From the NCBI GenBank assembly GCA_963663545.1, contig OY760505.1, forward strand, positions 2,656,001-2,720,000: a DNA stretch of 64,000 nucleotides, given 5' to 3'. Positions 20,346-29,990 of the stretch are shown here, one piece after another. Within the stretch, counting starts at the first letter, position 1. Each line of letters starts with the position of its first letter. The DNA comes from Candidatus Delongbacteria bacterium. GTDB lineage: Bacteria; CAIWAD01. The notes under the pieces were generated by a model. That model was not told the origin of the DNA. It did not search any database and was given only the letters and a program-made list of their open reading frames with translations. Position numbers and translations under genes: made by a program.

Positions 20346-20522
20346 TACATCAAGGGCGTACTGGAGTTGTGCTTTCGCAGGAGACGGTCGGAGAAAAAGT
20401 TAAAACGTGTCACATTCCGGTCGTTTCCTGGAGCCACGATGTGCATGGAGGCGAAACCTGTGAGTTGAAGCGGGTCTTGCAGCGCTCGTAACACTTGCTT
20501 CCAGAACTACTTTGGAGGAATC

Positions 20523-21860
20523 ATGACTCGCAGCCTGCTGCTTTCTTTGCTCTGTTTCATGTGTTGTGTACACGCATCACTCGCACAAGATCTCGCCGAA
20601 CGGCTGGATTCCTGGATCCAACCGCTGCTGGATCACGATCTCATCAGCGGAAGCGTGCTTGTAGCACGAGATGGGCACATCCTTGTGGCACGCGGCTATG
20701 GCGACGCTTGCCGGGAGTTCGCCGTTCCCAACGATACCAGTTGCTGCTATCGACTGGGTTCCATGACAAAGCCCTTCACCGCCCTTGCAGTGATGCAGTT
20801 GGTCGAGCGGGGCCAGCTGAAGTTGGACGATACTCTCGCCACCATCGTCCCCGATTTTCCTCACGCGACGCAGATCACCATTCGTCAGTTGTTGAGCCAT
20901 AGCTCCGGCGTGGTGAATTACAACCGCTTGCCTGAATATGAAGAGTATCACATTCGTCCCATGAGCCTGCAGGAAATGCTGGACTGGATCGGAGAGCAGG
21001 AGCTTGAGTTTCCACCCGGAAGTCGGTTTTCCTATTCCAATTCGGGTTATTTGCTGTTGAGCGCTGTGATCGAGCGTGTTACTGGGATGAGCTATGCCGA
21101 TGTGCTTCAGCAGAATGTGTTTGATCCTGCAGGAATGAACTCCAGCGGTGTTGATGAGGAAACCCGTCTTGTATCACGACGAGCAGTTGGCTACGGAAGT
21201 GATGGAAGCGTTTACCGGACGCCTTATCGCTACATGCCATCCACTTTGGGTGCCGGAGCTTTGTATGCCTCCCCCGCCGACCTGTTTCGCTGGGACAGTG
21301 CTTTGCGCGATGGCCGCTTGCTTTCCGCCTCCTGGCAGGACAGTGCCGCTGTTGAAGTGGTCGGTGGCTGCGGTCTCGGCTGGTTTGTCGGAGGCGAGGA
21401 AGGAAACCGTGTCGTATCACATCGCGGCGATATCAACGGTTTTCGATGTAGCGTGACACGTTGGCTTGATCAAGATCTGATTGTGATTGCACAGCTCAAC
21501 TACGAATCAACCTTTGCATTACCCTTCTTTCAAGGGCTCAACTCCCTCGTTCTCGGTGTGACACCGCCCCCGCTGCTGGTAGAGGACAACCCCGCACTTT
21601 CTCCTGACGATCAGCAGTCGCTTGCCGCCCGTTGGCAACTGGCTCCCGATCTCGTGCTACAAACCATCATTCAAGACGACAGACTCTATCTGCTTCAGCC
21701 GGATTGCGATGCCCATCTTGCCTGGCAGCAATCGCCCGGACAGTTCTTTGTGAAGCAGGATAATGCACTGATCCAGTTTGCTCGCAGCAGCGGAGAAGGA
21801 ATCGATCTTCTATTGCTGACACAAGGAGCTCATCGTATGCAGGCGCGGCGGCTCCCGTAA
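20523..21860 (+). CDS. Secreted serine hydrolase, beta-lactamase class C-like family
   Basis: Signal peptide, GSMTK (SxxK), LLSHSSG, FSYSNSGY (YxN), HRG, plus a C-terminal extension domain. Confidence 0.88.
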   Translation: MTRSLLLSLLCFMCCVHASLAQDLAERLDSWIQPLLDHDLISGSVLVARDGHILVARGYGDACREFAVPNDTSCCYRLGSMTKPFTALAVMQLVERGQLKLDDTLATIVPDFPHATQITIRQLLSHSSGVVNYNRLPEYEEYHIRPMSLQEMLDWIGEQELEFPPGSRFSYSNSGYLLLSAVIERVTGMSYADVLQQNVFDPAGMNSSGVDEETRLVSRRAVGYGSDGSVYRTPYRYMPSTLGAGALYASPADLFRWDSALRDGRLLSASWQDSAAVEVVGGCGLGWFVGGEEGNRVVSHRGDINGFRCSVTRWLDQDLIVIAQLNYESTFALPFFQGLNSLVLGVTPPPLLVEDNPALSPDDQQSLAARWQLAPDLVLQTIIQDDRLYLLQPDCDAHLAWQQSPGQFFVKQDNALIQFARSSGEGIDLLLLTQGAHRMQARRLP

Positions 21861-21929
21861 CGAGAAGCGTCTATTCGGTTACGATTCCGACGTTGCGGCC
21901 GGTTGCCCGCCGTTTACGAAGTTGTGCCA

Positions 21930-22700
21930 ATGATTGCCTGGTTTATCAGTGACCTGCACGCCGGAATTCACAATGATCCGGATGAAGCCTCTCGCCTGGA
22001 GGACTTTCGCACGCTGCTCACTCGCATTCGCAGTGAGGGCGGAGCGTTGTTTCTGTTGGGCGATGTTTTCGATTTCTGGTACGAGAAGGACGGCGCACCA
22101 CCGCCGCGTCACCTGCCGTGGCTGAGTGCACTTCGAGAATTGACAGAATCGGGAACTGAGGCCTATTGGCTGCCAGGCAACCATGATTTCCTTGGTGGTC
22201 GCGCTCTGTCCGAATTCCTCCAATTACAGCCCGGTGCAGAGTCCCTGCGTGTTGAGATGGGACAGCGGCAGTTTCTATTGCACCATGGAGACGGCTTGGA
22301 TCCACAGGAGCGTGGTTATCTGCTCCTGAAGCGTGTGTTACATAATCCGCTGTTGCAGGGTCTGTTTCGGCTGCTTCCGTTACAGGTCGGGATGTGGTTC
22401 GGCGACCGTATCAGTGATACAAACAGCGCTGATTGTGTTACATGGAGTCCGGAACAGCTGTCAACCTATCTGAGACGTGGCTTGCCGGGCATTCTTGCGT
22501 CTGACGATGAGTTCTTCATCATGGGACACGCGCATCGTCCTTGCCTCATGTCGCACGGTGATACACAAGTTGCTGTGTTGCCACCTTTCCTCGCCCAGGC
22601 ACGTGGCTACGGAACCTATGACGGGGAGCGTTTGGAATTACGTTGTCTACATCCGGAGTCCTGTCCGCAGGATTGGATTCCTTTCATCAGGAAAGGGTGA
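21930..22700 (+). CDS. lpxH: UDP-2,3-diacylglucosamine diphosphatase (metallophosphoesterase)
   Basis: FISDLH, LLGDVFDFWYE, GNHDF, HGDGLD, MGHAH. Confidence 0.8.
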   Translation: MIAWFISDLHAGIHNDPDEASRLEDFRTLLTRIRSEGGALFLLGDVFDFWYEKDGAPPPRHLPWLSALRELTESGTEAYWLPGNHDFLGGRALSEFLQLQPGAESLRVEMGQRQFLLHHGDGLDPQERGYLLLKRVLHNPLLQGLFRLLPLQVGMWFGDRISDTNSADCVTWSPEQLSTYLRRGLPGILASDDEFFIMGHAHRPCLMSHGDTQVAVLPPFLAQARGYGTYDGERLELRCLHPESCPQDWIPFIRKG

Positions 22701-22703
22701 ATC

Positions 22704-23477
22704 ATGCAAGAGCACAAAGATGCGCTGGTCAAGATCTGGCAGGAAGAAGGTGTGGATGGCATTGAAGCCTATATCACCAAGCAGGAACTTGGCGAGCGCG
22801 TCAAACTCGATCAAGGCGCGTGGCAACTGCTTTCCAACGAAGCAGAGATTAGTCTGGATGAACTCGCTTATCTGGGACAGATGGGAATCGCCGACCTGGC
22901 TACCCTGCGGGAAGAATACCAGAATGAGCGCGCCGAGAAGCTGCTTGAGATGATCAACGTTTGTTCCTTCAATCTTGGCGCAGAGATGGCCGACTGCTGG
23001 CCTGGTGATACACGCGAGCGCGACGAAGAGCACTTTTCGCTGGGGCTGGGATTGGCCTTGGATTGCTTGCGCATGCGTGTCAGCCTGAACAAAGGCGCTG
23101 AACCCTTTGCTTTGGCCTGGTGGTTGCGCGGTTACTTTGAAGCGCGTCTGGGTATGATGGATATGGCCGGCGTGAGTCTGGAGCAGGCTTTTCTGGCCGC
23201 ACTGACCATGGACGGCGGTGAGCGGAAGCTGCGTGCTCTGCGCGAGGACGATAGTTTCATGGTCCTGATCAACGCTGGATATCTTGGCCTGGTGGACCGC
23301 TTGATGGGTGCTCCGCGTGGCGAAGCGCTTTATGAAGATGTGATACGTATCTTCAGGGCCCAGGTAGCCGCTGGCGGTGAGACGGCCCAGGATGCCGAGT
23401 TCGGCATTCAGCAGCTTGAGATTGCCGCCGAGCGTTTTGCCGAGGAGTGGGAAGAGTTTGACGACGAAGAGGAGTAG
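22704..23477 (+). CDS. Hypothetical acidic all-alpha (TPR-like) protein
   Basis: 257 aa, tightly coupled between lpxH and PBP1A, with an acidic tail EEWEEFDDEEE. No recognisable motif. Confidence 0.65.
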   Translation: MQEHKDALVKIWQEEGVDGIEAYITKQELGERVKLDQGAWQLLSNEAEISLDELAYLGQMGIADLATLREEYQNERAEKLLEMINVCSFNLGAEMADCWPGDTRERDEEHFSLGLGLALDCLRMRVSLNKGAEPFALAWWLRGYFEARLGMMDMAGVSLEQAFLAALTMDGGERKLRALREDDSFMVLINAGYLGLVDRLMGAPRGEALYEDVIRIFRAQVAAGGETAQDAEFGIQQLEIAAERFAEEWEEFDDEEE

Positions 23478-23519
23478 TGGCGGCACTATCCGTTCTTCGC
23501 TGTGATACAGGGGGTCGTG

Positions 23520-25643
23520 ATGAAAGCCATTGACTGGTTGCGCCGGCACCCAGGCGTGTTTGTGATGTTTTCCGTGATACTCTTTTGCATGAGTACGGGA
23601 TTGATTGCACTTGCCTGGCTGGCCAAGGGACTGCCTTCGCTGCAGGAGCTTGAGCGCTATCGACCGATGCTTTCTTCGCGCCTCTACTCGGCTGACGGTA
23701 ACGAACTGGGCGAGCTCTTTCAGCAGAAGCGCGTTCAGGTACCTCTTGAGCAGGTGCCAGCCTCATTGCTTGAGGCACTACTGGCCACCGAGGACCGGCG
23801 GTTTTACGAGCACTGGGGAATTGACGTACATCGCATTTTTGGCGCGCTGGTAGCCGATGTGTTACAGGGACGCTTTGCTCAGGGCGCTTCCACCGTGACA
23901 CAGCAATTGGCGCGCGATCTTTACCTCAGCAAAGAGAAGAGCATCGTTCGCAAGTTGCGCGAGATGCTGACAGCCATCCAGATTGAGCGCTCTTATGCCA
24001 AAGATGAAATACTCGAGATGTACCTCACGCAGGCATACTTCGGCCATGGCGCGTTTGGCATTCAGTTGGCGGCGCGACGCTATTTCGGCTGCGACGTTGA
24101 TTCGCTGACTTTGCCCCAATCGGCTTTATTGGTCGGTTTGTTGAAAGCACCGGGCAATTACACGCCTTTCTTCAAACCCGAGGCGGCGCGCAAACGGCGT
24201 AACACGGTGCTGGGCCTGATGCTTGGTAATGGCTTCATTAGTCGTGCTGAGTATGAAACTGCCGCAGCGAGTCCATTGGGTAACATCGAGTACAGCAACA
24301 ATGAGACTTCGTTTCTGGCGCCCTACTTCAGCGAGCACGTGCGTATCGAGCTGGAGGAGCTGCAAGAACGCCTGGGCATCGACATCTATCGCGATGGTCT
24401 CGAGATTACCACGACCTTGAACCTGCGGATGCAGGAACTAGCCGAGGCGGAAACGCTTCCACGAATGGCCGAGCTGGACAGTGTATCACGCGCATCCTTT
24501 ATTGCCAATGATTGGGAAGACTGGCACACCATGACAGATAGCACGCTGACTCCAGCGCGTATTGCCGAGCTGAAGCAGGATAGTGCCTATGTCGAGACGC
24601 TGCTTTCCGAGCGCATTCACGTGCAGCCAGCGCTGGTGGCCGTAGAACCCGGATCAGGAGCGATTCGGGCCATGATCGGCGGTCGGGATTTTGACGAGAG
24701 CAAATACAACCGCGCTGTGCAGGCGCGTCGCCAGCCTGGGTCAGCCTTTAAACCCTTCTTGTATGTGGCCGCCATTGACAACGGCTATCCACCCTGCTAT
24801 CAGGTGTTGAATCAGGATGTCGTGGTGGAAGAGGCCGATGGTCGTCGCTGGACTCCACAGAATTACGATGACAGCCGTGGAGGAATGACAACACTGCGTG
24901 AGGGCTTGCGCAAGAGCTACAATCTGGTCTCCGTGCGCCTGCTTATGGACATCGTGCCACCGGAGTTGGTCGCCGGTTACGCCCATCAAATGGGCATTAC
25001 GACGCCAATTGAGACGGATTACACCATGGCGCTTGGTTCGAGTGGTGTGTATCCGCTGGAGTTGACCAGTGCTTACGCCTGCCTGGCCAACGGTGGTATC
25101 TACTATCAACCCTATTCGATTCAAGAAATCCGTGACCGCAAGGGACATTTGCTCTACCGGCATCAGCCGCATTCACGCGAAGTGCTGGGAGCGGGTACGG
25201 CGTATATCATGACGAACATGCTGCAGACGGTGATCGATCGCGGCACGGGCGGCAGTGCGCGTTGGCGCTATCATTTCTACGCGCCAGCTGCGGGAAAGAC
25301 GGGCACGACAAACGGCTTCACCGATGCCTGGTTTGTGGGCTTTACACCGCGTCTGGCCTGTGCCGTGTGGGTGGGCAACGACAATCCGCTTTACAGCCTG
25401 GGCGAGTGGCAATCCGGTGGTAAAGCAGCTCTGCCGATCTGGGCCAGCTTCATGCACGATGTGTACGAAGAATTGGGCCTTCCCCACGATGCCTTTGTGC
25501 GTCCGGATGATGTTGTCGAGGTGGAGGTGTGTAGCGAGACCTACGAACCTGCGGGTCCGCTGTGCCCGACTCGCGAGAAGGAGATCTTCCTGCGCAGTTA
25601 CCGTCCCACGGGCACGTGCCATCTGCATCGTTTTGACTTCTAG
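23520..25643 (+). CDS. Class A penicillin-binding protein (PBP1A family)
   Basis: N-terminal TM. Transglycosylase motifs EDRRFYEHWG, QGASTVTQQLAR, RKLRE. Transpeptidase motifs SAFK, SYN, KTGT. Cys-rich C-terminal tail. Confidence 0.93.
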   Translation: MKAIDWLRRHPGVFVMFSVILFCMSTGLIALAWLAKGLPSLQELERYRPMLSSRLYSADGNELGELFQQKRVQVPLEQVPASLLEALLATEDRRFYEHWGIDVHRIFGALVADVLQGRFAQGASTVTQQLARDLYLSKEKSIVRKLREMLTAIQIERSYAKDEILEMYLTQAYFGHGAFGIQLAARRYFGCDVDSLTLPQSALLVGLLKAPGNYTPFFKPEAARKRRNTVLGLMLGNGFISRAEYETAAASPLGNIEYSNNETSFLAPYFSEHVRIELEELQERLGIDIYRDGLEITTTLNLRMQELAEAETLPRMAELDSVSRASFIANDWEDWHTMTDSTLTPARIAELKQDSAYVETLLSERIHVQPALVAVEPGSGAIRAMIGGRDFDESKYNRAVQARRQPGSAFKPFLYVAAIDNGYPPCYQVLNQDVVVEEADGRRWTPQNYDDSRGGMTTLREGLRKSYNLVSVRLLMDIVPPELVAGYAHQMGITTPIETDYTMALGSSGVYPLELTSAYACLANGGIYYQPYSIQEIRDRKGHLLYRHQPHSREVLGAGTAYIMTNMLQTVIDRGTGGSARWRYHFYAPAAGKTGTTNGFTDAWFVGFTPRLACAVWVGNDNPLYSLGEWQSGGKAALPIWASFMHDVYEELGLPHDAFVRPDDVVEVEVCSETYEPAGPLCPTREKEIFLRSYRPTGTCHLHRFDF

Positions 25644-25663
25644 AGGATTTCCGGACCAGGGAA

Positions 25664-25804
25664 CCCAACGCCACTCACCGAGCGCTTTTCCGGCCATGTC
25701 GTGAGATCTGCGGCCGGCGCTCGAGCTGCTCATCACTATGTGAGCACCGGCCGCTTCCCTCTGCGATCACGTCCCCCCGGTTGATATGTTGTTGGCGTAT
25801 CGGG
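25664..25804. ncRNA. Candidate structured intergenic RNA (long interrupted hairpin)
   Basis: Nested complementary arms ACGCCA/TGGCGT, CCGG/CCGG, CGTGAGATC/GATCACG, GCGGCCGG/CCGGCCGC, TGCTCA/TGAGCA. Confidence 0.35.
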
Positions 25805-25944
25805 CGATAGGTGTATTGCGATTATTGTGCCTGAATTGGTCAGCTTTGCGAACAAGCCTTTGAACCCGAAGAAGCGACAGAGAAGTCATTTTTGAGACGG
25901 ATGTGACACGGCGGGTCAGCGATGACATGCGAACCGGGATATCG

Positions 25945-26700
25945 ATGAAACAGAATGAGCCGGCCAGGCAGATGGCACATCATACTGGCGCTCAGCGTCG
26001 ACGCGAAGTCAATGCCTTGTTTGAATCCATTGCCCCTCACTACGATTTGCTGAACCGCCTCTTTAGTATGCGGCAGGATTTGCGTTGGCGAAAGCGTCTG
26101 CTGGCCGCCTTAGCGCCAAAGAGGGATGGGGTTTATCTGGACCTTGCCGCTGGTACAGGAGACGTCTCACTGGCACTTGCCAGTAAAGCCGGTTGTCGTG
26201 TGCTGGCGCTGGATCTGACGAGCGGAATGCTGCAGCGCCTGCTAGAACGGCGAGCACGGCTGTCGTCCGTGCAGGCGGATCGTATACTTGCCGTGCGTGG
26301 TACTGCCGAGGAGCTTCCGCTTGCCGATCGCTGTGTCGATGGTATTACTATCGCCTTTGGTGTGCGCAATATGCCGGATCATTCACGCGTGCTGACGGAG
26401 TGTTACCGTGTCTTGAAACCCGGTGCGCTGCTGCTTGTGCTGGAGCTGGCTGGTGTGACACAGCCATTGCTGCGGCGATTGTTCAACCTCTATTTCCACA
26501 AGCTCGTGCCCCGTGTTGGGCGGTTGCTTTCTGGTGATCCCTCGGCATACGCCTATCTACCTGAGTCGGTGGAGGCTTTTCCCGCTCGTGATACGTTTCT
26601 TGCCGCGATGCGTGAAGCGGGATTTCAGTCTTGTCGATGCGAGGATCTCAGCGGTGGTATCGCCAGTCTATTTGCCGGGAGGGTCGATGAGATCCGTTGA
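25945..26700 (+). CDS. ubiE: Ubiquinone/menaquinone biosynthesis C-methyltransferase (UbiE/MenG)
   Basis: FESIAPHYDLLN, LDLAAGTGD, AEELP, IAFGVRN, RVLKPG, AYAYLPES. Start uncertain (25945 or 25972). Confidence 0.88.
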   Translation: MKQNEPARQMAHHTGAQRRREVNALFESIAPHYDLLNRLFSMRQDLRWRKRLLAALAPKRDGVYLDLAAGTGDVSLALASKAGCRVLALDLTSGMLQRLLERRARLSSVQADRILAVRGTAEELPLADRCVDGITIAFGVRNMPDHSRVLTECYRVLKPGALLLVLELAGVTQPLLRRLFNLYFHKLVPRVGRLLSGDPSAYAYLPESVEAFPARDTFLAAMREAGFQSCRCEDLSGGIASLFAGRVDEIR

Positions 26701-27589
26701 TGGCTTTGTGACACAAGAAGCTTGTCGACATCAACTCTCAGTCGATCTTGAGCTGGTGAGCTTGGCGCACAATCTGCGCTCTGCGTTTGACATTCAGGCC
26801 AATCTGGACCTGCGTGGTGAGTTGGAAGAACGGGTTCTGCTAAGTACTCGACGCGTGTTGCGCATGCTGGAACGCCACCATGTACGTGCCACTTTCTTTG
26901 TTCTGGGATTGTTGGCGGAGCGCTACCCTGCTCTCGTAGAGGAAATTGCTACAGCTGGTCATCGCATTGCTTCGCACGGCTACAGTCATACGAGCTTGAG
27001 GACACTTGGCGCGGAGGGCTTCCGCCGCGAACTGGCGCGTTGCCGAGACTTGTTGCAGCCATGGGAAGAGGCATGGGAGCATCCCCACGGGCCAGGCTTT
27101 CGTGCTCCCGATTTCAGCCTTCCCGTCGAGGAAGACTGGCCCTATCGAATCCTGGCAGAGGAAGGCTTCGGCTGGTCTTCCAGCGTAATGCGGGCGCGTG
27201 TCACAAGATCGACGATGGGCAGACTTACTTCTGATGTATCACGTGCGCTTCGTAATACAAAACCACATTTGCGCATTGTTGGGGATCGCGGAATGTGGGA
27301 GTATCCGCTGCAAGGTTTCCGGGTTGGGGCACTGCCGTTATCCTGGGGGGGAGGTTTTTGGCTGCGTGCGCTTCCTCGAACTTGGAATTTGCATCACATG
27401 CAGCGTTGGGATCGCGCCGGGAGGAGTTTTCATCTCTACTTGCATCCTTGGGAAATGGATGCGGATCAGCCGCGGCTCACACTGCCTGTTTGGCGTTCTG
27501 TGCGCCAGTACAGAGGCTTGCAGAGCTTCGAAAGGCGGTTGGAGAACATCTTGCCCCGGTTTTCCTGGAGACCCGCTGGACCTTTGTGA
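26687..27589 (+). CDS. Polysaccharide deacetylase family protein (CE4 + DUF3473-like, XrtA-system type)
   Basis: ATFFVLG, IASHGYSH, GFRAPDFS, GGGFWLR, YLHPWEMD. The ATG at 26687 follows GGGAGG. Confidence 0.82.
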   Translation: MRSVDGFVTQEACRHQLSVDLELVSLAHNLRSAFDIQANLDLRGELEERVLLSTRRVLRMLERHHVRATFFVLGLLAERYPALVEEIATAGHRIASHGYSHTSLRTLGAEGFRRELARCRDLLQPWEEAWEHPHGPGFRAPDFSLPVEEDWPYRILAEEGFGWSSSVMRARVTRSTMGRLTSDVSRALRNTKPHLRIVGDRGMWEYPLQGFRVGALPLSWGGGFWLRALPRTWNLHHMQRWDRAGRSFHLYLHPWEMDADQPRLTLPVWRSVRQYRGLQSFERRLENILPRFSWRPAGPL

Positions 27590-27639
27590 CACATTGTTTT
27601 TGATGTATGGAACTCTGAGTGCTCTGTGATACAAGGGGA

Positions 27640-28353
27640 CTACTGGATTAGGCTATCCAGCAGGGAGAAGTTCTCGCGGGCACGACGATAAGCGCGACCA
27701 ATTCGGTCGATCTGTTCACGCAGCTGTTCAGCGAACGCGGCCCATTCTTCTCGGGAGTTCGTATCACCTTCAAACTGAATCGGCTTGCCGTAGACAACGC
27801 TGATCTTGTAGGCCTTTGGCACACTGCTACCTTTGCCGAAAGCGCGGTGGGCGCCATCAATGTAGACGGGTAGAACCGGGAGCCTGTGTTGTGCGGCCAA
27901 ATAGCCTACGCCCAGTTTGAAACGTCCCATTTCACCTGATACACTGCGGGTTCCCTCGGGAAAGATGATGATGCTGTGGCCCTTGCACAGTGCGCGCTCC
28001 GTCGGTCCGAAGGCTTCCTGTATTTTAGCGGTGCGCTCAATGGGCAGCACGTTCATGAAGATGCTGAAGAAGATGCCCTTGATCTTCGATGAGAAAAAAT
28101 AGTCACGGGCGGCAATGGGGTGCACCAGGTGCATGCGGCTGTAGGGGAATGCGCTCAGCAGCACTGCAGCATCATAATGGCTGCTATGGTTGGCAACAAT
28201 GATTTGCTGTGCGTTCGTGTCCAGGTTTTCGCGATGGTGATAGGTGACGCGGTTGTAGCCGAACATGTAGATGCCCAGAATGGCGTGCAGAACGACGCGC
28301 GTGACACGTTCCACACCTTCTTTTACCCCATTCCAGATTTCAGCAGCTGACAT
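27640..28353 (-). CDS. 1-acyl-sn-glycerol-3-phosphate acyltransferase-like (PlsC family)
   Basis: ANHSSHYD (HX4D), AARDYFF, IFPEGTRS, FKLGVG, VPVYI-like block. Confidence 0.88.
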   Translation of the reverse strand: MSAAEIWNGVKEGVERVTRVVLHAILGIYMFGYNRVTYHHRENLDTNAQQIIVANHSSHYDAAVLLSAFPYSRMHLVHPIAARDYFFSSKIKGIFFSIFMNVLPIERTAKIQEAFGPTERALCKGHSIIIFPEGTRSVSGEMGRFKLGVGYLAAQHRLPVLPVYIDGAHRAFGKGSSVPKAYKISVVYGKPIQFEGDTNSREEWAAFAEQLREQIDRIGRAYRRARENFSLLDSLIQ

Positions 28354-28548
28354 CTCGAGTTCCCTGGATCGACGACGACGCCGTTAAGGTAGGAATCTGG
28401 TGCAGTTGGTGCTAGCTTAGTCTTAGGTGGTCGGGCACGGGGATCATACAATACCCAGCACATGAGTTCAGTCTGTGTGATATATTGCCGATCCAGAGTT
28501 GGGATTCGCTGAAGCTATTCGATACCGTTTGGGAAATGAGGAGAGGCC

Positions 28549-29982
28549 ATGTTATTCAATTCGCTTGTGTTTGCTCTCTTCTTGCCGCTTGTCTTCATCT
28601 TCTACTGGTCCCTGAAGCGAGCCCCCTTGTCAACGCAGAACTTCCTTCTATTAGTTGCCAGCTATGTGTTTTATGGCTGGTGGGATTGGCGTTTCCTGAT
28701 TCTGATATTCCTCAGTTCCTGCCTTGACTTCACTGTTGGTCTAGCCATCTTTCGGAGCAACAGTCAGCGGAGGCGAAAGGCTTTGCTGGTAACAAGCCTG
28801 ATGTTGAATCTGGGTGCTTTAGCCTTTTTCAAATACTGTAATTTCTTTATCGATAGTTTTGTCGATCTTGCGCATTTATTCGGTATGCAAGCAAATCCGT
28901 GGTCATTGCGAGTGATATTGCCCGTTGGTATAAGCTTCTATACTTTCCAGACACTTAGCTACACTATTGACATCTATCGTCGAAAGATTGAACCTACCAC
29001 AGACCCGATCGCATTCTTCGCTTTCGTGAGCTTCTTCCCACAGTTAGTTGCTGGCCCTATTGAGCGTGCCTCTGCTTTGCTGCCTCAGTTTTTGCAGCCG
29101 CGCACTTTTGACGGCGAGAAAGCTCGTGATGGCATGCGTCAGATGCTATGGGGGCTGATGAAGAAGATGGTGATTGCAGACAACCTGGCGCCTCATGTTG
29201 AGACGGTTTTCAACAATTGGAATCAACTGGATAGTCTCAGCTTGATCATTGGAGCAGGATTCTTCGCCATACAGGTGTACTGCGATTTCAGTGGATACAG
29301 TGACATTGCTATCGGATGTGCACGCCTGTTCGGGTTTAATCTGATGAGGAATTTTGCCTATCCTTTCTTCTCACGGGATTTCGGCGAGTTCTGGCATCGT
29401 TGGCACATCTCCCTATCCACTTGGTTCAGAGATTACGTATACATCCCATTAGGCGGGAATCGCACAGGCAAGGCGCGACAGATCTGGAACACTCTTGTGA
29501 CGTTCACTGTCAGCGGACTGTGGCATGGAGCGAGTTGGAATTTTGTTGGTTGGGGATTTCTGAACGGTGTTTACCTGATTCCACATTTTCTGCAGAAGAA
29601 CCGGGTGAAGCGTACAGATGTGATTGCGCAGGGACGGTTACTGCCGAATCTGGTGGAGTTGCGTCAACTTCTTGTTACAACCTTCTTCACCTTCATTTCC
29701 TTTGTGGTTTTTCGCACGGCGTCCATTCCGGATGGATTCGGGTACATTGGCCGGACCTTCAGCCCCCCTCTAGCTGGTGGAGATTACTCAGCCCTTCAAG
29801 AGCCCCTGCTTTTCTGTTTTGGCTTGCTCACTGTGGAATGGCTGCAGCGCACAGAGCAGCATCCGCTTGAGATACGGCGCTTCCCAAAGGCGCTGCGTTG
29901 GTCGATCTATATCGCGCTGATTCTGATAGTGCTGCTCTTCGGGAGTTTTGGTGAGCAGGAATTCGTGTACTTCCAATTCTAG
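28549..29982 (+). CDS. MBOAT O-acyltransferase (AlgI/PatA family), copy 1
   Basis: LPVGISFYTFQ, FFPQLVAGPIER, YCDFSGYSDIA, FWHRWHISLS, GLWHGA, C-terminal FVYFQF. Confidence 0.95.
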   Translation: MLFNSLVFALFLPLVFIFYWSLKRAPLSTQNFLLLVASYVFYGWWDWRFLILIFLSSCLDFTVGLAIFRSNSQRRRKALLVTSLMLNLGALAFFKYCNFFIDSFVDLAHLFGMQANPWSLRVILPVGISFYTFQTLSYTIDIYRRKIEPTTDPIAFFAFVSFFPQLVAGPIERASALLPQFLQPRTFDGEKARDGMRQMLWGLMKKMVIADNLAPHVETVFNNWNQLDSLSLIIGAGFFAIQVYCDFSGYSDIAIGCARLFGFNLMRNFAYPFFSRDFGEFWHRWHISLSTWFRDYVYIPLGGNRTGKARQIWNTLVTFTVSGLWHGASWNFVGWGFLNGVYLIPHFLQKNRVKRTDVIAQGRLLPNLVELRQLLVTTFFTFISFVVFRTASIPDGFGYIGRTFSPPLAGGDYSALQEPLLFCFGLLTVEWLQRTEQHPLEIRRFPKALRWSIYIALILIVLLFGSFGEQEFVYFQF

Positions 29983-29990
29983 GGGATCCC

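Noticed and set aside
20523..21860. Antibiotic-resistance beta-lactamase
   Set aside because: The motifs identify only the broad serine hydrolase family. The substrate cannot be inferred.
3008..23901. Long shadow ORFs (e.g. 3008-3847, 6204-6914, 22647-23549)
   Set aside because: They are antisense to well-supported genes, have no motifs, and are expected in GC-rich DNA.
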